The notes under the pieces were generated by a model. The model was given only the letters and a program-made list of their open reading frames with translations. It was not told the origin of the DNA and ran no database searches. DNA of 64,000 nucleotides from Minicystis rosea (GTDB lineage Bacteria; Myxococcota_A; Polyangia; Polyangiales; Polyangiaceae), in contig CP016211.1 of assembly GCA_001931535.1 (NCBI GenBank), positions 4,311,573 to 4,375,572 on the forward strand, given 5' to 3'. Numbering within the stretch: position 1 is the first letter of the stretch; each line of letters starts with the position of its first letter. Below are positions 1-8,984 of this stretch, one piece after another. The translations under genes and the position numbers were made by a program.

Positions 1-364
1 CCTCGAGCGCGGCGCGGGCGATGGAGACGGGCGCCGCGAAGCCCGCGAGGGCGCACACGGCGCCGGCGCGCAGCGTCTTGCCTTCCATGATGGATGCGTC
101 GTGCTCGATGCGCGCATCCTCGTTGAGGCACGCGCCCGTGCCCGCGTTGAAGAGCGGATCGTCCTCGAGCGCGCGGACGGCGCGCTCCACGGCGTCGAGC
201 GCGGAGCCGCCCCCGCGGAGCATGTCGGCCGCGGCGCGCGCGGCGCGACGGCAGCCTTCGGCATGCAGCGGACGCCGCTCGACGGGCACGTTGCCGGCGC
301 CACCGTGCACCAGAATGGAGAAGCCCTGCGCTCTGCTGCCCTTGGAGACGATCGGCTCGTTCAT
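1..364 (-). CDS. iaaA: isoaspartyl peptidase / L-asparaginase (Ntn-hydrolase), N-terminal 121 codons; the rest runs off the window start
   Basis: Reverse translation from the ATG at 364..362 gives MNEPIVSKGSRAQGFSILVHGGAGNVPVERR...DPLFNAGTGACLNEDARIEHDASIMEGKTLRAG. The ILVHGGAG and NAGTG motifs are typical of plant-type asparaginase/isoaspartyl peptidase. The ATG overlaps the TGA of the upstream gene (ATGA). Confidence 0.8.
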   Translation of the reverse strand, partial: MNEPIVSKGSRAQGFSILVHGGAGNVPVERRPLHAEGCRRAARAAADMLRGGGSALDAVERAVRALEDDPLFNAGTGACLNEDARIEHDASIMEGKTLRAGAVCALAGFAAPVSIARAALE

Positions 365-1218
365 CGTGCGCGCGCACGATAGCGCGCCGCGGCCGCGTCG
401 ATGAGCAGGACCAGCGGCGCCGTCAGCAAGGTCACGGGCGAGAGCCGCCCCGCGGCCACCGCCTGAAACGACGCCAGCGCCGCCACCACCGCCACCACGC
501 CCGCCACCGCCCGCCACCTCGTCGATCCGCCCGCCGCCACCACCCATGCCGGCCCCACGACGGCGGCGACCGCCAGCGCGCCGATCGCGAGCGCCGGCGC
601 CGACGGCGGCAGACCGCTCCCCGCCGACGGCAACGGCGTCTCCAGCGACAGGATCCCGTGCGCGCCCACCCGAATGCCCAGCGTCAGCTCGCGCAGGCCG
701 TCGCCGTCCACGACCCAGTGGCGGGCCGCCGCCGGCCGCGGGAAGAGCGCGGCGAGATCACCGATGCCCAACGCGGCGCCGGCGGGCCCGACGAGGCCGA
801 CCACCGCGCCGCCCGCCATGGCGCCCGCCATGGCTCGCCATGGATCCACGCCGATCGCCGACAGCGCGCGCAGCTCGCCGCGCCCCGCGGCCACGCGCAT
901 CGCTCCCAACGTCCCGAGGAGGCCGGCAAGCGGCGAGAGCGCCGCCAGCATGCCGAGCCGCAACGACCAGGGTCCGCCCTCGTCGGTCGCGGCGGTGACG
1001 ATGGTCGCCACCGCCAGCGCGATCACCGCAATGCCGGCCGCGCGCGCGCCGGTGCGAAGATCGTAGGCCGTGGTCCACGAGGTCATGAGCGACGACAGCG
1101 GCCGTCCCAGATCGACCGCCGCGACGCAAGCACGCAGCGCGGGAAACGAACGATGCGCCGGCTCACGCAGCGGGCGGGGATGAGCGGCCCACGCAGCGAG
1201 CGCGGACGACCGGCTCAT
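361..1218 (-). CDS. polytopic membrane protein, LptF/LptG (YjgP/YjgQ) permease-like; start uncertain (alternatives at 1086)
   Basis: 285-aa ORF with several hydrophobic helices and a GELRALSAIGVDPWR segment resembling the conserved permease motif of the YjgP/YjgQ family. It is 4-bp coupled to the downstream asparaginase gene. Its 5' end overlaps a 37-bp direct-repeat region, so the true start may be internal. Confidence 0.45.
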   Translation of the reverse strand: MSRSSALAAWAAHPRPLREPAHRSFPALRACVAAVDLGRPLSSLMTSWTTAYDLRTGARAAGIAVIALAVATIVTAATDEGGPWSLRLGMLAALSPLAGLLGTLGAMRVAAGRGELRALSAIGVDPWRAMAGAMAGGAVVGLVGPAGAALGIGDLAALFPRPAAARHWVVDGDGLRELTLGIRVGAHGILSLETPLPSAGSGLPPSAPALAIGALAVAAVVGPAWVVAAGGSTRWRAVAGVVAVVAALASFQAVAAGRLSPVTLLTAPLVLLIDAAAARYRARAR

Positions 1219-1232
1219 GCATCGGGCATGGG

Positions 1233-1306
1233 CAGCGAGGGCATGCGCCGGCTCACGTTTCGAGCGCGCGCAGCGAGGGCATGCGCCAGCTCACGTTTCG
1301 AGCGCG
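1233..1306. repeat. two tandem copies of a 37-bp unit (gcagcgagggcatgcgccRgctcacgtttcgagcgcgc), plus a degenerate third copy at about 1153-1200
   Basis: Direct reading of the sequence at 1141-1310. Confidence 0.6.
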
Positions 1307-2006
1307 CTGGCATCGCTCACGGTTGCGCTGACTCGCAGAGATGCGCGGGCTCGCGCAGGGGAGACAAACGAAAAACGGGCCGGGTGCCTGGCACCCGACC
1401 CGTCCGGGCCTCGTCCAGAGGCCTCTGACCCAGTCTCACCGGCTCGGACGCGAATCCTGTTCGTGTCCCTTTCCGGGGAGACGGCGCGGGCGCAGCGTTC
1501 AGCGAGCCTTTCGGCTCCTCACGCCGCCGTCACCACGCCTTGTGATGGTCAGCGGTTCCCAGCCTCCGGTCTAGAGCCACTGGTACTGTGCATGATGCCC
1601 ATCCCTCCTCCGGCGTGCCGGCACCCTGGGCCGGGCTGGGACTTCCAGTCGGCCATCTTGGGTGTTCGATGTCGGTGCGTGAGCACGAGCCTCACGACCA
1701 GGTCACGATCTCGGCGCCGGAGTGCACCCCGGCAGGACCAATCCTGGAGCAAGCTCCTTCCGAAACCATTGCTGAAGATACCATCGCCGCCCGAGACAGC
1801 AAGAGCCCGCACACAACCTTCTGCATGGTCGAGGCTGCGCGCTGTCGTCCGTTGTAGGCCGTTTTCCCGCCTCGTGCGGTGCTCACGGGGTTGCGCTCCG
1901 CCGCGGACGATGTCGTCGTGATGACGATCGCGATGCGACGACGTGTCGTGGACGAGCGTGGGTTGCGGGCGAGAGCGAGCGATGGGCGCGAGGCGATGCG
2001 CCGGCT

Positions 2007-2632
2007 TCAGCCGGGATCGGAGCTGATCCCGGTGCTCGTGGGCGCGTGCGGTCGCAGGGGGACCACGTTCGGCGCGGGCTCGCTCGGCTCGGATTGCGGC
2101 TCCGTCGCGAGGGCGCGCTGCTCGGCGTCGTAGCGCGCGAGGGCGGCTTGCACGTCGACCCTGAGGTGCACGCCGCTGCGGCGAATGTCGTCGGTCTCCC
2201 GCGCGCGCACCGACTCGACGGCGAGCGAGGTGGGGATGCCGAAGCCATGCGAAGCGAGCGTCGCGATGATCACGATCTGCGCGCCGTCTCCGACGCGGCG
2301 GATCAAGAGGGCGCGGCGGACTTGATCCGCGTCCTCGGACCAGCGCTCGATCCACGCGACGGCCTCGTCGGAGAGGCCGGTGATGGCGAGACGAAGCGGC
2401 GCGGGCGCGAGCGGATCGAGCGCCGCCTCGAGCGCCTCGGCGAAGCCGTGAACCTTCTGGCACGACACGCGCGGCGCGCTGCCCGCCTCGATCCAGTAAC
2501 CAGCCTCCACCGCGTCGACCACGGGCGCGGGGGGAAGAAAGAGTCGTGCGACACGACCGCGACCATACACGACCTCGAGGGCGGTTGGGAGCAGGGCATC
2601 GCGGCACGCGACACTAGGAATACGCCGCATGT
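2007..2632 (-). CDS. hypothetical protein (208 aa)
   Basis: The minus-strand ORF starts at the ATG whose last base is 2632 (MRRIPSVACRD...). It is divergent from the aminotransferase gene. The longer 324-aa ORF upstream of this Met is Arg/Pro-rich and looks non-coding. No family recognised. Confidence 0.4.
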
Positions 2633-2979
2633 CCGCATAAGGTGCCCCCGCGCGGGCCGCGAAACCCGCGGACTTTTGCCGCCATGCCTCTCTCGTCCCG
2701 AGCACGCCGCCACGCTTCGCGCCGGTGTGGCGGCGCACCGCGAAGCCGCGATGTCCGATGTTGCCGCGCGCAGCTCGATCGTCGCGAGGATCGTTTGCTG
2801 GTAGGACGGCAGACGCGGGGCGGTCGTCGCGATCTCCATCGCCTTCGCGGACGGTGCGAGCACCGCGCTTCGCCGGAGGGCGGCGCGACGAGGGAGACGC
2901 GATCCTCCGCATGGAAAGTCTTTTTCGCGACGACGGCGCGAGCCGTGGCGGGGCAGCCCCCGCGAGATCGAGGAGCAAC

Positions 2980-4341
2980 ATGAGCGAAGCCGAGACGCAG
3001 GAGCACGAAGAGTTTCCCGATCACGGTGCGGAGGCAGGCGCGACGGACGCCCCGCCCGCGCGTCACGTGAGCGACGAGCGCACGCTCGGTGCGTTCCGCA
3101 AGGTGCCGCGCACCGGCGTCATCTACGTCATGGGCGAGGCCACGAAGCTCGGCTATCGACAAGGCGGCGAGCCGACGGAAGACGGCTGGTGCAACCTCGG
3201 CCAAGGCCAACCGGAGACGGACGCGCTGCCCGGGTCGCCGCCGCGCGTCTCCGACGTTTCGATCGCCGTCGACGATCAGGAGTACGCGCCCGTCGCCGGC
3301 TTGTGGGAGCTGCGCGAGGCGATCGCCGACTTCTACAACCGCGCGTACCGGCGCGGCATGCCCTCGCGCTACAGCGCGGAGAACGTGGCCATCTCCGGCG
3401 GCGGGCGCACCGCGCTCACGCGCGCGGCGGCGGCGCTCGGGCAGATCAACCTCGGACACTTCCTCCCCGACTACACGGCGTACGAAGAGCTGCTCGACGT
3501 CTTCCGCCTCTTCTCGCCGATCCCGATCCTCCTCGAGGCGGAGCGTGGCTACAGCTTCTCCGTCGGCGATCTGCGGCGCGAGATCCAGGGGCGCGGGCTC
3601 TCGGCGATCCTCGCGTCGAACCCATGCAATCCGACGGGCAAGCACGTGCGCGGGGAAGAGCTCGCGGCGTGGGTGCGCACCGCCGAGGAGCTCGACTGCA
3701 CGCTGCTCCTCGACGAGTTCTACTCGCACTACGTCTACGGGATGGGCGGGCCCGCGCCGATGGAGAGCGCGGCGCGCTACGTGGAGGACGTCGATCACAC
3801 GCCGGTCGTGATCTTCGACGGCCTCACCAAGAACTGGCGCTACCCGGGCTGGCGCGTGACCTGGACGGTGGGCCCGCGCGAGGTGATCGACGCGGTGGCC
3901 AGCGCCGGCAGCTTCCTCGACGGCGGCGGGAGCAAGCCGATGCAGCGCGCGGCCGTGCCGCTGCTCGATCTGGATCTGGTGCGCGCCGAGACGGCGGCCA
4001 TCCACGCGACGTTCGCGCGGAAGCGCGAGCTGCTCGTGAACGGGCTCAAGAAGATCGGGGTGACGATCGACTGCGACCCGCAGGGGACGTTCTACGTGTG
4101 GGGGTCCGTGGCCGACCTGCCCGAGGGCCTCAACGATGGGCGCTCGCTCTTCCGCGCAGCGCTCGATCACCGCGTGATCGTGGTGCCCGGCGAGTTCTTC
4201 GACGTGAACCCGGGCAAGCGCCGCGCGCACCGCGCCTCGCGCTTCCGGCATCACGTGCGCTTCTCCTTCGGGCCCAGCGAAGCGGTCATCGAGCGCGCGC
4301 TCGAGCGGCTCGAGAAGCTCGTCGCCTCCCGGCGCAAGTGA
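2980..4341 (+). CDS. PLP-dependent aminotransferase, class I/II (aspartate/aromatic aminotransferase family)
   Basis: ATG at 2980 preceded by GAGGAG. The protein has fold-type I aminotransferase features (NPCNPTG, FDGLTKNWRYPGWRVTW with the Schiff-base Lys). 453 aa. Confidence 0.85.
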   Translation: MSEAETQEHEEFPDHGAEAGATDAPPARHVSDERTLGAFRKVPRTGVIYVMGEATKLGYRQGGEPTEDGWCNLGQGQPETDALPGSPPRVSDVSIAVDDQEYAPVAGLWELREAIADFYNRAYRRGMPSRYSAENVAISGGGRTALTRAAAALGQINLGHFLPDYTAYEELLDVFRLFSPIPILLEAERGYSFSVGDLRREIQGRGLSAILASNPCNPTGKHVRGEELAAWVRTAEELDCTLLLDEFYSHYVYGMGGPAPMESAARYVEDVDHTPVVIFDGLTKNWRYPGWRVTWTVGPREVIDAVASAGSFLDGGGSKPMQRAAVPLLDLDLVRAETAAIHATFARKRELLVNGLKKIGVTIDCDPQGTFYVWGSVADLPEGLNDGRSLFRAALDHRVIVVPGEFFDVNPGKRRAHRASRFRHHVRFSFGPSEAVIERALERLEKLVASRRK

Positions 4342-4485
4342 GCGAAAGCGAAGGCCGCCCGCATCACGCGGCGGCCACCTCACGGAGGGCCCGGCGCGCC
4401 CGCGAGCATCTGCGGCGCGCCGGGAGCCTCCCGGCTCGACACCGAAACAGGGCCGCGGTAGTGCCGCGGTAGCGAGGTATTCCCC

Positions 4486-4989
4486 ATGGGAAAGTTCACC
4501 GTCACCCACGAGATCCACTGCGACGTCGACACGTTCTGGAAGACGTTCCTCGACAAGGAATTCAACACGAAGCTCTACGTGGACGCCCTCGGCTTCCCGG
4601 AGTTCAAGGTCGTCGACCAGTTCGAGGACGACACCCGCGCGTCGCGCAAGGTCAGCGCGCAGCCCAAGATGGAAGTGCCGGCCGCGGTGCAGAAGCTCTT
4701 CGGATCTGGCTTCCGCTACACGGAAGAGGGCTCGATGACCAAGCCGGAGCGCGTCTGGCGGTGGAAGATGACGCCCAGCACGATGGCGGACAAGCTCTTC
4801 ACGGGCGGCCTCATCCGCGTGGAGCGCATCGACGACAACCGCAGCCGCCGCATCGCCGAGATGTCGATCGAAGCGAAGATCTTCGGCGTCGGTGGGCTCA
4901 TCGAGTCCTCGGCGGAGAAGCAGCTCCGCGACGGTTGGGACAAGAGCGCGGTGTACATGAACAAGTACCTGCAGTCGCTCGCCAAGTGA
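4486..4989 (+). CDS. DUF2505-like (SRPBCC-fold) hypothetical protein
   Basis: 167 aa. MGKFTVTHEIHCDVDTFWKTF... and the C-terminal IFGVGGLIESSAEKQLRDGWDKS pattern match the DUF2505 family layout. Confidence 0.7.
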   Translation: MGKFTVTHEIHCDVDTFWKTFLDKEFNTKLYVDALGFPEFKVVDQFEDDTRASRKVSAQPKMEVPAAVQKLFGSGFRYTEEGSMTKPERVWRWKMTPSTMADKLFTGGLIRVERIDDNRSRRIAEMSIEAKIFGVGGLIESSAEKQLRDGWDKSAVYMNKYLQSLAK

Positions 4990-5137
4990 GGCGCACGCGC
5001 GGGGCCGGTGACACCGGCCCCTCCCCGCTCCAGCACGGCATTGCCGCCGGCCGCTGCCTCCCCTAGAGCGGCGGGGCGAGCGCGATCCTCGGCCCGGCCC
5101 ACGGCGCCGCTCGGCGTCGCCCTCGTGAGGGGTTTCC

Positions 5138-6469
5138 ATGAGCGCGACCCGGCAGCACGTCGTGATCATCGGCGGCGGCTTCGGCGGCCTCTACGCGGCG
5201 CGCGCGCTGGCGAAGGCCGACGTCGAGGTGACGCTGATCGATCGGCGCAACCACCACACGTTCCAACCGCTGCTCTATCAGGTGGCCACCGCGGGGCTGA
5301 ACCCGGCGGACATCGCCGTGCCGATCCGGCGCATCCTGCGGCGGCAGAAGAACGTGCGCGTGCTGCTCGCGGAGGCGGAGTCGGTCGACGTGCACCGGCG
5401 GCGCGTGCTGTTCACGGGCGGCGGATCGGTGGCCTACGATCACCTGATCCTCGCCACCGGGGCGACGCATTCGTACTTCGCGCACCCGGAGTGGGAGCGC
5501 TTCGCGCCCGGGCTCAAGACGATCGAAGACGCGCTGGAGATGCGCAAGCGCATCTTCTTTGCGTTCGAGGCGGCGGAGCGCGAAGAGGATCCGGCGCGCT
5601 ACCGCGAGTGGCTCACGTTCGTCATCGTCGGCGCGGGGCCGACCGGGGTCGAGCTGGCGGGGACGCTCGCCGAGATCGCGAAGAAGACGCTGGCCCAGGA
5701 TTTCCGGCGGATCGATCCGACGCGCGCGCGCATCCTGTTGTTGGAAGGGTCGCCCAACTTGCTCGGCGCGTACGTGCCGCCGCTGCGCGACAAGGCCAAG
5801 GCGCAGCTCGAGAGCCTCGGGGTCGAGGTGCGGCTCGACGCGCGCGTGACCGCAATCGACGACGGCGGCGTGATGCTCGGCGACGAGCGGGTGGCGTCGC
5901 GCACGGTGCTGTGGGCCGCAGGCGTGGCGGCGTCGCCAGTGGTGAAGTCGCTGGGCGCGCCGCTCGATCGCGCGGGCCGCGTGTTGGTCGAGCCGGACCT
6001 CAGCATCCCGGGGCATTCGGAGGTGTACGTGATCGGCGACACCGCCGCGCGGATGCAGGATGGGCAGCTCGTGCCGGGCGTGGCGCGCGCGGCCATCGAC
6101 GGCGGACGACACGCGGCGGCCAACATCAAGCGAGCCTTGAAGGGCGAGCCGAGCCTCCCATTCCACTACAAGGATCCAGGGATGCTCGCGACGATCGGTC
6201 GGGGCGCGGCCATCGCCGATTTCGGAAAGCTCAAGGTGAGCGGCTTCACGGCGTGGATGGCGTGGTTGCTCATCCACATCCTCTTCTTGATCGGCTTCCG
6301 TAACCGCTTCGCGGTCATCTTGGAGTGGGCGGCGGCGTACCTGACCTACGATCGCGGCGCACGGCTCATCACGGGGCGGCTGCCGGACACGGGGACGCGC
6401 TCGGTGGCGGCGCCGCCGTCGAAGCGAGGGGTGGAGAAGACCGGCGAGGCGATGCCGGCGGTGGAGTGA
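5138..6469 (+). CDS. ndh: type II NADH:quinone oxidoreductase (NDH-2)
   Basis: N-terminal VVIIGGGFGGLYAARAL Rossmann motif, a second GxGxxG (VIVGAGPTGVELAG), and the C-terminal amphipathic membrane anchor typical of NDH-2. Confidence 0.9.
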   Translation: MSATRQHVVIIGGGFGGLYAARALAKADVEVTLIDRRNHHTFQPLLYQVATAGLNPADIAVPIRRILRRQKNVRVLLAEAESVDVHRRRVLFTGGGSVAYDHLILATGATHSYFAHPEWERFAPGLKTIEDALEMRKRIFFAFEAAEREEDPARYREWLTFVIVGAGPTGVELAGTLAEIAKKTLAQDFRRIDPTRARILLLEGSPNLLGAYVPPLRDKAKAQLESLGVEVRLDARVTAIDDGGVMLGDERVASRTVLWAAGVAASPVVKSLGAPLDRAGRVLVEPDLSIPGHSEVYVIGDTAARMQDGQLVPGVARAAIDGGRHAAANIKRALKGEPSLPFHYKDPGMLATIGRGAAIADFGKLKVSGFTAWMAWLLIHILFLIGFRNRFAVILEWAAAYLTYDRGARLITGRLPDTGTRSVAAPPSKRGVEKTGEAMPAVE

Positions 6470-6692
6470 CGAGGCGAGCAACTCCCTTCGATGTCACCAG
6501 GCACCGCGAAGACTGCCTGGACACGCCTTCGGTGGAACAGCTCCCCCACAACCGTGCCAAGGCAAGCCACGGTGACGCCGGGGCAGAGCGGTGAGGCGCC
6601 GAGGCAGAGCGTGGCGATGCGAAGGTAGGTCCTCTCCCCAGGCGCGAGGGGAGCGTGCTTCCATGACGCTGGGGGCATGCGAGAGGGCGACC

Positions 6693-8861
6693 ATGAGCGA
6701 GGAAGATACGGGGACCGCGCCCAAACAGGCGAAGGACAGGTTCCAGACGCCAGAGCTCGAGTGCGATCTGGTGATGAAGGGCGGCATCGCGAGCGGGGTC
6801 GTGTATCCGGCGGCGATCCTGAAGCTTGCTGAAAAGTATCGCTTTCGCGGCATAGGCGGAGCTTCCGCGGGGGCAATCGCCGCTAGCGTGGCCGCTGCAG
6901 CGGAGTACGGGCGCCACCAGCTCGACAACGAGAACGCCGGCTTTGCGGGCCTCGATCACTATCGAAGAGAGCTCGAGCGCGAAGGGCTGATCCAAACCTT
7001 GTTCGTGCCCGCGATGGAGACCGCGCCCGTCTACCGCTTCCTGATGGGCCTCTACGAAAGCGGGCTCCACGATCCGTCGGAGGAGCGGCCTTCACCGACA
7101 GGCTCGGCGAAGGCCGCATCGAAAGGGCCGGGGCTTTGGACCTGGATTGGGCGCGCAACGCGGGCGCTCGCGGCAGAGGTATCGCCCGGCGAGGGCGCCG
7201 TGTTCAGCGGGGGGCTCGCCGGTGTGATCGCCGCGGCCTTCACGCCAGCTGGGATCGGGCTCGCGTCGGTCATCGCGGCGACCACGGCCGCATCCGTGTA
7301 CCGCATCGCAGGCGTCGTGGGCGGCGCGCTCGAACTCAAGCGAAGCTTCGATGCACTCCGCACGGGTGACCGGACCTTCTACGGGCTCTGCCTCGGGAGC
7401 CGAGGAAAAGAGACGTCGGAGCGGGCTCAGCTCACTGACTGGCTGCACGAGGCTATCAACACATTGGCTGGCTTTAAGGAGACCGACCGACCGCTCACCA
7501 TCGACGAGCTGGCCAAACACGAGCCCTCGATCGCCTTCAAGATGGTTACCACCAACTTGAGCCTCGCGCAGCCCGTGGTCCTCCCGTTCGAAAACGACAA
7601 GCTGTTCTTCAAGCGCGCCGACTTCGAGCGTCTGTTCCCACCGTGGGTGGTCGGCTACCTCGTCGAGCCCCATCCACGACCAGCTTACGCCCATCCACCC
7701 GAAGCACGCGCGCAGCGAGCCGAAGCGCGGAGGCTGAAAAGAGAGAAGCTCTTTCGCCCGCCGAGTGGCTTTTACCCTTTACCGCAAGGTGGCAGGCTGC
7801 CGGTCATCGTCGCAGTGCGCATGAGCTTGAGCTTCCCCATCTTGCTTAGCCAGGTGCGGCTCTATTCGGTCAAGGACGAGACGTGGGAGAGGATCAGTGC
7901 TCGAAGAGAGCAATGGGATGCGGAGGACAAGGAACGGAGGAGAGCGGGACAAGCGTCATCGCCACCTTTCGATCCTGTCGATCTCGCCGAACATGACTTC
8001 GACGAAAGCTGGTTCGGCGACGGGGGCATCGCGGCCAACTTCCCGCTGAGCATCTTCGATCACTGGATGCCAAAGCGGCCCACATTCGGAATCAACCTCT
8101 GCGACGGCCCGCTGCCCGCTTGGTTCGCGAAGATCGCCGACGGAGGGACATCTGTGTTCCGGCACAACGCGAAGGACACACATCTGGCGATGCCGAAACC
8201 GCAGCGGATCGAAGGCTTGTTCCACCTGCTCTACGCCATGCTTAATACAGCGCAGAGCGGCCGCGACAACATGCAGCTCGAGCTCGCGAGCTACCGAGAG
8301 CGCGTCGCCCACGTTTACCTGCAGCCGGGCGAGGGCGGGCTCAACTTGAACATGAAACACGAGACGTTGGTGAAGCTCGGCAAGAAGGGCGAGGATGCTG
8401 CGCGTACGTTCCTCGGGCACAACGAGCAACCCGCGTTCGATTTCGACGAGCACCGCTGGGTGCGGATGCTCCAGCTCATGGATCACCTGGAGCGGCAACT
8501 GTTCGCGGCGCGCGCCGCCGTAGCGCCCGACACCGGCGCCATGGTGGAGATCGACCAGCAGATCAAGGACCTGTTCAACCACCAAGGCAGATCCAAGTGG
8601 TACCGGGCGCACAACAGCGATGAGGAGTGGCGAATCAAGGCCATGGATCGAATCCATCACCTCTTCCGGATGCTCGACACGTGGAGCCCGAAGGGACTCG
8701 CAGTGCCAACGACGAGCGCCGCAGCGGTCGCGAGATTCCAGTTCCCTTCCGGAGGGCAACGGCTCGACGACGTCCCGCACTTTCAAGACGGAGTACCCGA
8801 TCATCTAGAGCACGAGGCGCCCACCCCCGCGGGCGCGCTGCGCGTGACGTCCGAGGTCTGA
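6693..8861 (+). CDS. patatin-like phospholipase family protein with a large C-terminal extension (722 aa)
   Basis: GxSxG nucleophile motif (GIGGASAGAIAAS) and the DGG Asp motif (DGGIAANFPLSIFD) of the patatin catalytic dyad. Start taken at the ATG at 6693 with GAGAGGG upstream; the ORF opens at 6591. Confidence 0.8.
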   Translation: MSEEDTGTAPKQAKDRFQTPELECDLVMKGGIASGVVYPAAILKLAEKYRFRGIGGASAGAIAASVAAAAEYGRHQLDNENAGFAGLDHYRRELEREGLIQTLFVPAMETAPVYRFLMGLYESGLHDPSEERPSPTGSAKAASKGPGLWTWIGRATRALAAEVSPGEGAVFSGGLAGVIAAAFTPAGIGLASVIAATTAASVYRIAGVVGGALELKRSFDALRTGDRTFYGLCLGSRGKETSERAQLTDWLHEAINTLAGFKETDRPLTIDELAKHEPSIAFKMVTTNLSLAQPVVLPFENDKLFFKRADFERLFPPWVVGYLVEPHPRPAYAHPPEARAQRAEARRLKREKLFRPPSGFYPLPQGGRLPVIVAVRMSLSFPILLSQVRLYSVKDETWERISARREQWDAEDKERRRAGQASSPPFDPVDLAEHDFDESWFGDGGIAANFPLSIFDHWMPKRPTFGINLCDGPLPAWFAKIADGGTSVFRHNAKDTHLAMPKPQRIEGLFHLLYAMLNTAQSGRDNMQLELASYRERVAHVYLQPGEGGLNLNMKHETLVKLGKKGEDAARTFLGHNEQPAFDFDEHRWVRMLQLMDHLERQLFAARAAVAPDTGAMVEIDQQIKDLFNHQGRSKWYRAHNSDEEWRIKAMDRIHHLFRMLDTWSPKGLAVPTTSAAAVARFQFPSGGQRLDDVPHFQDGVPDHLEHEAPTPAGALRVTSEV

Positions 8862-8984
8862 AGAAGCGTCGACGCATCTCCATCTCACTCACGAAGCTCC
8901 GCTCGGTAGCATCCACCTTCCCGCAACCCGCGCTCGACGACGTGGACACGCTGCGCCCACGAGCAGCGGGGCTCCATCCGCGCA

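Noticed and set aside
1388-1404. TGGCAC-containing sequence as a sigma-54 promoter
   Set aside because: It lacks the -12 TTGC element and is part of a perfect hairpin palindrome. More likely structural.
2614-5169. 851-aa minus ORF, plus further long ORFs at 42470..45316 (+), 45304..48438 (+), 51756..53804 (-), 54283..56112 (-), 15710..17590 (+), 37643..38953 (-), 12691..14691 (-)
   Set aside because: All lie antisense or out of frame to genes with clear family signatures (aminotransferase, anti-sigma/beta-lactamase, SIR2, ureC, ureG/ATP-grasp, TPR, membrane protein, HK). They have low-complexity R/A/G/P composition.
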